Of a stretch of DNA of 63,790 bases, positions 57,127 to 63,790 are shown piece by piece. The DNA is from Pedosphaera sp. (GTDB lineage: Bacteria; Verrucomicrobiota; Verrucomicrobiia; Limisphaerales; SIBH01): contig JANOQV010000171.1 of the NCBI GenBank assembly GCA_031414955.1, positions 1 through 63,790 of the forward strand, given 5' to 3'. Position 1 is the first letter of the stretch; every line of letters begins with the position of its first letter. The notes below the pieces were generated by a model. The model had not been told where the DNA came from. It saw only the letters and a program-made list of their open reading frames with translations, and did no database searches. A program made the position numbers and the translations under genes.

Positions 57127-59949
57127 CTACTTCCCGCTCGCCGTTTGCTTGGCTTCAGGTAGCAGCGTCGCGGTGAGCAGGTTCTCGGTGGAGAAATACT
57201 TCTTCGCGGCGGTCTGAACTTTCTTCGCGGTCAGCGCCTTGGCCCGGTCAGGCAGGTTCAGGATGCCGCTGAAGGCCAGGCCATTCTCGCGATAGAAGCT
57301 CAGGTTGCTCAGCCAGAAGCTGTCCTCCTTCAAGCCGCGCTCGTAGTTGCGCAGGATCGTTTCGCGCACCTTCTCGAGGTGGTCCTTGTCCGGGCCGCTG
57401 GCCTGCAGGTTCTTGATTTCCTCCAGCACGGCCTTGGTCAGGTCGGCCACGTTGTCGGGGTTGCAGGTGAAGCCCACGTTGCAACTGAAGGTTGGCTTTG
57501 GCTCGCGGCTTAGGTCGCCCGAGACGCTCACGCCATACACGCCGCCCTTGTCCTCGCGCAACACTTCGCGCAGACGGATGCGCAGCACATCGACCGCCGC
57601 GCGCAAGGCGAAGCGCTCGTCCATGCTCCACTTGGCGTCGCCGTGGAAGGTCAGGCGTAGACTGCTCTTGGCTTCGAGGCCCTTCTTCACTTCCACGTTC
57701 ACCAGGCCGCGCTTCGGGTCATCGCCCACGTCCCGGCCCTTCTCCTTGCGCTTCAGATTTGGCAGGCTGCCGAGATAAGTCTCCACCAGTGGGCGCAACT
57801 CCGTCGGCTTGAACGCGCCGACAAACACAAACGTGAAGTCCCCCGCGTTCGCGAACCGATCACGGTAAATACGCAGCGCCGCCTCGCGATCCAGTTCCTT
57901 CATCAGTTCAACCGTCATCGGACGGTGGCGCGGATGATCGCCGAAGAGCGCCTTCTGGATGGCATCGCCAAAAATGACGGCCGGATTGCGGTCGCGGTTC
58001 TCGAGGCCCGTTTTGATGCGCGTCACGTACGACTGAAAGGCCTTCTCATCCGCTCTCGGCGCGGTGAAGTGCAGGTTCATCAACTGGAACCACGTCTCCA
58101 AATCCTTTGGGGAGGCCGATCCTTGCATCGTTTCCTCCAACTCGCCGATGGACGTGCCGACGGAGGCAATTTTTCCCGCCAGCTTCTTCTGCAATTGGAT
58201 CGCGTCATACTCGCCCCAGCCGCTTTGCGAGAGGATGCCCGCCGCCATCGCCGCCGAGAGGTAATCCTTGGCCGGGACCAGACTGTGGCCACCGGGGCTA
58301 AACGCCGTCATCAGCACCTGGTCGTTCTTGAAGGTGGTCGGCTTGAGCAGCACATGGATGCCGTTGGACAGCACCCACTCCATCGCCTCCACGTCCTGGT
58401 GCTGCTTCTCGGAGACAATCTTTCCTGGGGCGGGCGTCTTGGCCAGCAACGGCGCATCCGACACGCCGTCAGAATATGCGGCGATCTCCGTGCCCTCAGC
58501 CTCCTTGATCACCGCAAGAATCTCCTCCTTCGTCGGCGCCTTCTTCCCCGCCTTGTCCGGCGCGCTGTAAACAATCACGCGATTGGTCTCGGTGATCCAC
58601 GCATCCCCCGCGCGGTTCACCTCCGCGAGTGTGATCTCCGCGAGAAACCGCCTCGTCATCCTCAACTCCGCCTCGATACCGGGAATCGGCTCGTGCTCCA
58701 GAAAGTTCCCGCTGTATTCCCGCGCGTAGCTCGACGACTCCGTCTTGTCCCGCTCCTCATACGCCTGCTCCAGCCCGCGCAGGCTCATCGTCTTGGCCCG
58801 TTCCAACTCCGCCGCCGTGAAGCCATCCCGGCGCGCTCGACGCGATTCCATCAGCAACGCCTTCAGCCCCTCCGCATACAGTCCGTCCTTCACCCGCGCC
58901 ATTTGCGTGGCCAGATCCTTGACCCGCACCATGTGCGATTTGCCCACGCCCGCGCCCAGATAAGGCGGGTTCGCCTCCTGCACGCGCTCGCTCAAGCGCT
59001 GGTTCAACATGCCCGAGTAAAGCCCCTCCACCAGATCGCGCCGGTAATTCGCCGCCGAACCGTCCGGGGCCGCCGGATGCTTGCACAAAATCTGCACGCT
59101 CGTGCTCGACAGCTCCGGATCGGTCTCGATGGAGAAAAGCGTGCCCTCATGGTCCGGCACCGCCGGCACCGGGCGCGGCGGTGCGTTCGGGGGATTCTTC
59201 AGCTTCGAGAAATGTTCCACGATCATCGCCTCCATCGCTTTGGCGTCGAAGTCGCCCACCGCAATCACCGCCATCAAGTCCGGCCGGTACCACTTGCTGT
59301 AGAAGTCGAGAAAGTCCTGGCGGGTCACACTGGCAATCGTGTTCGTCTTCCCGATCGGCAGCCGTTCCGCGTAGAGCGATTGGTGGAAGATGACCGGAAT
59401 CTGTTTGTCCCGCAGCCGCCCCTGCGCGCCGCGCCCTGTGCGCCACTCCTCTGTGATCACGCCGCGCTCCTTCTCGATCTCCTCCGCGTCGAAGCTGATG
59501 TTGTGCGCCCAATCCTCCAGCACCTGGAGCGCCTTCCGCACCACCTCGGGCTTGTCCATCGGCACCTCCAGCCGGTACGCCGTCTCATCAAATGATGTGT
59601 AAGCATTCACGTCCGCGCCGAAGGTCATGCCCGTGCGCTCGAGGAAGTTCACGATCTCCAGCTTCTCGAAATTCTTGGTGCCATTGAAGGCCATGTGCTC
59701 GAGGAAATGGGCCAGCCCCAGCGTCTTCTCCGACTCGAGGATCGAGCCGGCGTTGATGATGAGATGAAACTGCGCGCGGTTTTCCGGCTTCTTGTTCGCA
59801 CGCAGGTAATAAGTCAGTCCGTTCGGCAGCTTCTTAATCGTCACGGCCGGATCGATCGGCAGCGGATCCGTGTCGGCGGCGGACGCCGGCCCCACGCCCA
59901 GCACGAGGCACGAGAACAGAACCAAACTGCGGTGGAGCAAAGTCTTCAT
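57127..59949 (-). CDS. M16 family zinc protease (PqqL-like)
   Basis: GLAHFLEHMAFNGT, NAYTSFDET, ERGVI.EE, LREDKGGVY. Confidence 0.93.
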   Translation of the reverse strand: MKTLLHRSLVLFSCLVLGVGPASAADTDPLPIDPAVTIKKLPNGLTYYLRANKKPENRAQFHLIINAGSILESEKTLGLAHFLEHMAFNGTKNFEKLEIVNFLERTGMTFGADVNAYTSFDETAYRLEVPMDKPEVVRKALQVLEDWAHNISFDAEEIEKERGVITEEWRTGRGAQGRLRDKQIPVIFHQSLYAERLPIGKTNTIASVTRQDFLDFYSKWYRPDLMAVIAVGDFDAKAMEAMIVEHFSKLKNPPNAPPRPVPAVPDHEGTLFSIETDPELSSTSVQILCKHPAAPDGSAANYRRDLVEGLYSGMLNQRLSERVQEANPPYLGAGVGKSHMVRVKDLATQMARVKDGLYAEGLKALLMESRRARRDGFTAAELERAKTMSLRGLEQAYEERDKTESSSYAREYSGNFLEHEPIPGIEAELRMTRRFLAEITLAEVNRAGDAWITETNRVIVYSAPDKAGKKAPTKEEILAVIKEAEGTEIAAYSDGVSDAPLLAKTPAPGKIVSEKQHQDVEAMEWVLSNGIHVLLKPTTFKNDQVLMTAFSPGGHSLVPAKDYLSAAMAAGILSQSGWGEYDAIQLQKKLAGKIASVGTSIGELEETMQGSASPKDLETWFQLMNLHFTAPRADEKAFQSYVTRIKTGLENRDRNPAVIFGDAIQKALFGDHPRHRPMTVELMKELDREAALRIYRDRFANAGDFTFVFVGAFKPTELRPLVETYLGSLPNLKRKEKGRDVGDDPKRGLVNVEVKKGLEAKSSLRLTFHGDAKWSMDERFALRAAVDVLRIRLREVLREDKGGVYGVSVSGDLSREPKPTFSCNVGFTCNPDNVADLTKAVLEEIKNLQASGPDKDHLEKVRETILRNYERGLKEDSFWLSNLSFYRENGLAFSGILNLPDRAKALTAKKVQTAAKKYFSTENLLTATLLPEAKQTASGK

Positions 59950-60079
59950 AAAATCAAATCAGGTGAATCGGGCGCGAAGATAATTGAGCGCATCGCCTTG
60001 GCAAGCGCGGGCCACTTTCAATCACCCACCCTCGAATTCAGGAGACCCAACCGGAACTTCTCCCGTCCCCGGAGCCTGA

Positions 60080-60254
60080 GAGCCGGTCTGAGAATCCAGA
60101 ATCCGGTGGCACCAGACCCGGACGGAGTGCGCCCGTCCCGGGCGCAGCGACGCACGAACTGCGGCCGGCATGGATTTTTGCAGCGCCTTCCACCTTTTCA
60201 AGCTTCTGTGCCCGAGACGGGCGCACTCCGTCCGCCTGATTTTCAGACCGGCTC
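60080..60254. mobile_element. MITE-like element with 17-bp TIR and internal GGAG-type REP doublet
   Basis: TIR GAGCCGGTCTGA(G/A)AATC 16/17; inner 28-bp IR 60120-60147/60206-60233 (26/28); flanks TGA and TAA. Confidence 0.8.
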
Positions 60255-60258
60255 TAAG

Positions 60259-61443
60259 TCAGGCGCCCCCAAGTCTCGCCATCGCCGCGAGGAATTTCCC
60301 CTGCGTCGTCTCCCACGAGTTCGCCTGCTTGAACTCGGTGACACTGAGCCGGTCGAGGTAATTTGCGCCCGCGCGCATCTTGAGGATCTCGTCCTCGGCT
60401 GCCGCCTTGAACGCCGCCAGATCAAACGCCGGCACGTAGCGCACGAAGTTTCCGAAGACCGGCCGGTAGTTGGGAATTTCGTAGGCCACCACCGGCGTGT
60501 TCGCGATGATCGACTCGCCCACCACGCGCGGCGAACCTTCGTGCCGGCTCGGCATCAGGAAAACGCGGCTCGCCTTGAACAGCCGGATCTTTTCCGTCTC
60601 GCTCACGAAGCCCGGGAATGTGACGTGCTTCTCCAGGCCGCGCCTCGCGATCTCCGGCGCGAGCGCGTCCTTCACGTTGCCGATGAAGACGGCACGGAAG
60701 TTCTCCAACTTCTTCGCGAGGCACTCCAGCGTGGCCAGCAAGTCATCAATGCCCTTCTGCCGATGCACCCGCCCGATCCACACCGCGTCGAACTCGCGCG
60801 GCGGCGCGGGCACCGACTCGTTCAACGTCACTTCCAATCCATACGACACGTAGGTCAGCTCGTCGTCGCGGAAGCCGAGCGCGCGCAAGTCGGGCTTCAT
60901 CGCCGGGTGCAGATGGAAGAGATGCTTGTGCTTGCAGCCCGCGAAGCGCCGCAGCGAATGCCGCTGGCTCGCCCAGTAATGCAGCGACGCCGCCCGCAAC
61001 GCGTCCACGTCCGGGCGCGAACGCGTGACGATCTCGCCGAAGCCGGGCGCGTTCATGTGCCACACCATCATCTTGCGCCGCGCCGCGCTGCGCACCGACG
61101 GCAGCACGTCGAACCAGTAGTCCGACGTGGCATAGACCACATCTTCCGGCCGGATGATCTCCAGTGCGGCCATCGTGCGGCGGTAACGCGCATACATATC
61201 GCGGAACAGCTTCACCTGCCCGCCAAACACGCCGGTGTCGGTCTTGGGCATCATGCCGCTGTCGGTGAGCGTCACCGTGCCGGGCACGTTGTGCTTGCGC
61301 AGAACTTCCTGGAGCGCGTGCCCGCCGAAGAAGTTCAACTCGTAGCCGGCCCGCACCGCGCCCTCGGCCAGCTTGAGAAAATGAATGTCCCCGCCCGCGA
61401 TGCTGGTGGAGAAGATGCCGTTGGTGAAGAAGTGCAGGCGCAT
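60259..61443 (-). CDS. Glycosyltransferase family 4
   Basis: GGDIH, GRVHRQKGIDDL, PSRHEG...VGE. Confidence 0.9.
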   Translation of the reverse strand: MRLHFFTNGIFSTSIAGGDIHFLKLAEGAVRAGYELNFFGGHALQEVLRKHNVPGTVTLTDSGMMPKTDTGVFGGQVKLFRDMYARYRRTMAALEIIRPEDVVYATSDYWFDVLPSVRSAARRKMMVWHMNAPGFGEIVTRSRPDVDALRAASLHYWASQRHSLRRFAGCKHKHLFHLHPAMKPDLRALGFRDDELTYVSYGLEVTLNESVPAPPREFDAVWIGRVHRQKGIDDLLATLECLAKKLENFRAVFIGNVKDALAPEIARRGLEKHVTFPGFVSETEKIRLFKASRVFLMPSRHEGSPRVVGESIIANTPVVAYEIPNYRPVFGNFVRYVPAFDLAAFKAAAEDEILKMRAGANYLDRLSVTEFKQANSWETTQGKFLAAMARLGGA

Positions 61444-61449
61444 GGGTTA

Positions 61450-61587
61450 AAGATCCAAGATCCAAGATCCAAGATCCAGATAAGCTCCAAACACCAAACA
61501 CCAGTTGGCTCCCGTCGTCGCATCGACAGCTTGGAGCTTGGTGCTTGGTGTTTCCCTGGAGCTTGGAGCTTGGAGCTTGGAGCTTTT
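61450..61587. repeat. Heptamer-periodic palindromic element
   Basis: (AAGATCC)4-AGATAAGCTCCAAACACCAAACACCA ... GCTTGGA/GCTTGGT ... (TGGAGCT)4. Confidence 0.85.
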
Positions 61588-61596
61588 CCCTTTCAT

Positions 61597-62607
61597 TCAC
61601 TTCAGCGTCTGCTTCACCTGCAGGTCCGCGATGTTCGTGTCCTTGGGGCGCGCGCGATGCGTGAACCACCCCCACACCGTGCCGGCCAGCGAACCCACGC
61701 TTGCCGGCCCATGCCACAGCCACCGCACGTCGCGATCCCGCACCAGCCCGAGCACCGTATGCCACAGCGGCCCGACCAGACTCACGCAGTAGAAGCACGC
61801 CAGCCAGCCCGGCACCGGCGGCTTCTGTTTCATCCACGACGTGTCCGTGTCCCCGCGCACATTCATGAAATGCACCATCGCGCGCCGCCGCTTCTGCACG
61901 AAGCCCCACCACGTCTGCACGTAATAATGATGCACCCCGCGCCCCGCGATGCGCAGCCACTCGCGCTGCCCGCCGTGCATCAAGTGCAACGCGATGTGCG
62001 TGTCCTGAAAATGTTCCCTGGCCCGCACCCGCTCCAGATCCGCGCGCCGGAAGACGAACCCGTTCGCCCCCAGCGGATACGCGCACGACTCGCCCGGCAC
62101 CGTCCACCGCTCCACCTCGCCCGCGCGCGCGACGAGCCGCGGATTCACCGCCATCAACCAGCAGATCGGATCACTGATGTGCAACCGCGCCGTGAGGTAG
62201 GCGCAGAACGAACTCATCTTCGCCGACGGCAGATAATAACTCTCCACCCCGAGCGCCTGCGGGTGCGCCGCCAGCGCGCCCACCGCCCGCTTGATGTAAT
62301 CCGCGTGCGTGATCTCATTGTCCGCGTCCACGAACACGATGTATTCCCCCGTGGCGTGCTGAAGCGCGAGCCGCTTGCCCTGCTCCATGTCGCGCCCGCG
62401 ATCATCGATCACCACCGCGCGGTATTTCGCGGCGATGTCCCGCGTGCCGTCCGTGGACATCGCGTCGGCGAGGATGATTTCGTAGCGGTCGCGGGGATAA
62501 GTCTGTTTCGCGATGGAGCCAAGGCAGTTCTCCAGCAATGCCGCCGCATTGAGCGTGGGCATGATGAAACTGACTTTGGGCAACGGCGCAACCATCCGGC
62601 GTAACAT
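61597..62607 (-). CDS. Glycosyltransferase family 2
   Basis: VSFIMPTLN, EIILADAMSTDGT, FVDAD; start uncertain. Confidence 0.9.
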   Translation of the reverse strand: MLRRMVAPLPKVSFIMPTLNAAALLENCLGSIAKQTYPRDRYEIILADAMSTDGTRDIAAKYRAVVIDDRGRDMEQGKRLALQHATGEYIVFVDADNEITHADYIKRAVGALAAHPQALGVESYYLPSAKMSSFCAYLTARLHISDPICWLMAVNPRLVARAGEVERWTVPGESCAYPLGANGFVFRRADLERVRAREHFQDTHIALHLMHGGQREWLRIAGRGVHHYYVQTWWGFVQKRRRAMVHFMNVRGDTDTSWMKQKPPVPGWLACFYCVSLVGPLWHTVLGLVRDRDVRWLWHGPASVGSLAGTVWGWFTHRARPKDTNIADLQVKQTLK

Positions 62608-62658
62608 CGGGAAAGAGCGGGCCGGTGACAATGTTGAATCGAGAAGCGGCAGCGTGGG

Positions 62659-63790
62659 GGGTGCATCTTGACACTGTTCTTAAAGTGAGGTGGTCACGGT
62701 TCCTCGACCGGCAAAAACAAGAACATGGCTGTCGTGTCGTCACATGAAAAAAGCATCGCCCCAAACGCAACCCAGTCCCGGTCCCCAACCCCGGCCCACG
62801 CTGGCCGAGGTCGAACGTGAAGTGGTGGCCGAGTCCCGTGAATGGGGCCGGCGACGTCTCCAAGAACGACTGCAACAACTGGCCGGGGAAGAAGGCCAGG
62901 TTTTTTCCCCTCGCCCAGCGCAAGCGCCGTCCGCTGACCTTGGTCAGCGAACTGGGCGAGATCAAACTCACCGTCGATTACGGTCAGGACCGGGCCAGCG
63001 GTGAGTGGTTCTGCCCGGTGCGCCGGGCCTGGGGTCTGGGCGCGCATCAACAGATCACGCCGGCCTGGGCGCAGAAGCTCGGCTTCACCGTGACCGCGAC
63101 CGGCTCCTACGAGGAAGCCGCGGCCGTGGCCAGTTGCTGGGGCCGGGCCATCGACGACTCCACCCTGCACGCGCTGGTGCAACGCGTGGGGGCGCGCGCC
63201 CAAGTCCAGGCCCGGGCGCGCTACGACACGCTCCCCAAAGAGCGCCAGCCCGGCCAGGCTCCCAGCGCCCTGGGCGTGGCCTTGGTCGATGGCTGCCAAG
63301 TGCGCGAGCGTGGGGCCGGCTGGGGCAAAAAGCGGACGAAGAAAAACCGCGTGGAGTGGCACGAACTCAAGCTGGGCGTGTATTACCGGCACGAACAGGC
63401 CGCCCGGACGGAAGGCGGGCGCGGGCTGCTGGCGGACAAGGTGGTGGTGAGTTGGCTGGGCGAGCCGCTGGAACTGGGCCGTCGCCTCCAGTGGGAGGCG
63501 CAACGCGAGGGACTGGGCCGGGCGCGGGAAGTGTTATTCTTGGGCGACGGAGCGGCCTGGGTTTGGAACCTGAAGGAGGATCGCTTCGCCTCCGCCCACG
63601 GGCTGCTGGACTTTTACCACGCCAGCCAGCACCTCTGGGAAGTGGGCCGCGCGCTGCGCGGGGAAGCCCCGCCGGAGTTGAGCGCGTGGGTGGAACCGCG
63701 GCGGCACCGGTTGCGCCACGGACGGGAGCGGGCGGTGCTGGGAGAAATCGCCCGGCTAAAAAAGCGGCGCGGGGCGGCGGGCAAAATCCT
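62659..63790 (+). mobile_element. ISKra4/ISLre2-like insertion sequence (UPF0236 DDE transposase), truncated by window edge
   Basis: Left end GGGTGCATCTTGACACTGTTCTT; ORF from 62744, frame change at T6C4 (62901-62910), then LVDG..WHELKLG..FLGDGAAWVWN..LDFYHASQHL open to the window end. Confidence 0.9.

Noticed and set aside
59695..62604. 969-aa plus-strand ORF
   Set aside because: Antisense shadow of two glycosyltransferases in high-GC DNA; Arg/Pro/His-rich with no motifs

Overview
GC-rich bacterial chromosomal segment. The gene repertoire and repeat families suggest Verrucomicrobiota (Pedosphaera/Limisphaera-like); this is an inference. The housekeeping backbone (PpiC-type PPIase, trmB, glnD, cutA, plsC-like, cmk, mnmE, lgt, miaA, L,D-transpeptidase, class V aminotransferase, pyk, M16 protease, GT2/GT4) is interrupted by four accessory blocks. 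(1) 4.3-7.4 kb: a gutted MmeI-like type IIL restriction-modification gene with two paralogous 3' ends that bracket an intact ABC/AAA-ATPase plus uncharacterised nuclease-like gene pair; this is the best candidate for an undescribed defence module. (2) 17.9-23.5 kb: the two halves of a Tm-1-like system facing each other around rtcB, a DUF262 remnant, a DEDDh exonuclease and a nucleotidyltransferase TA-like pair. (3) 26.7-34.3 kb: a Czc-type heavy-metal RND cluster. (4) 40-57 kb: an ECF sigma factor, large secreted beta-propeller/delta-60 proteins and a Ser/Thr kinase with 16 highly conserved WD40 repeats. Intergenic DNA holds composite miniature elements (REP doublets inside IS-type terminal inverted repeats, one matching the ends of the ISKra4-like IS at the right edge) and heptamer-periodic palindromes, one of which joins lgt in frame to miaA. 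No rRNA, tRNA or CRISPR array was recognised.
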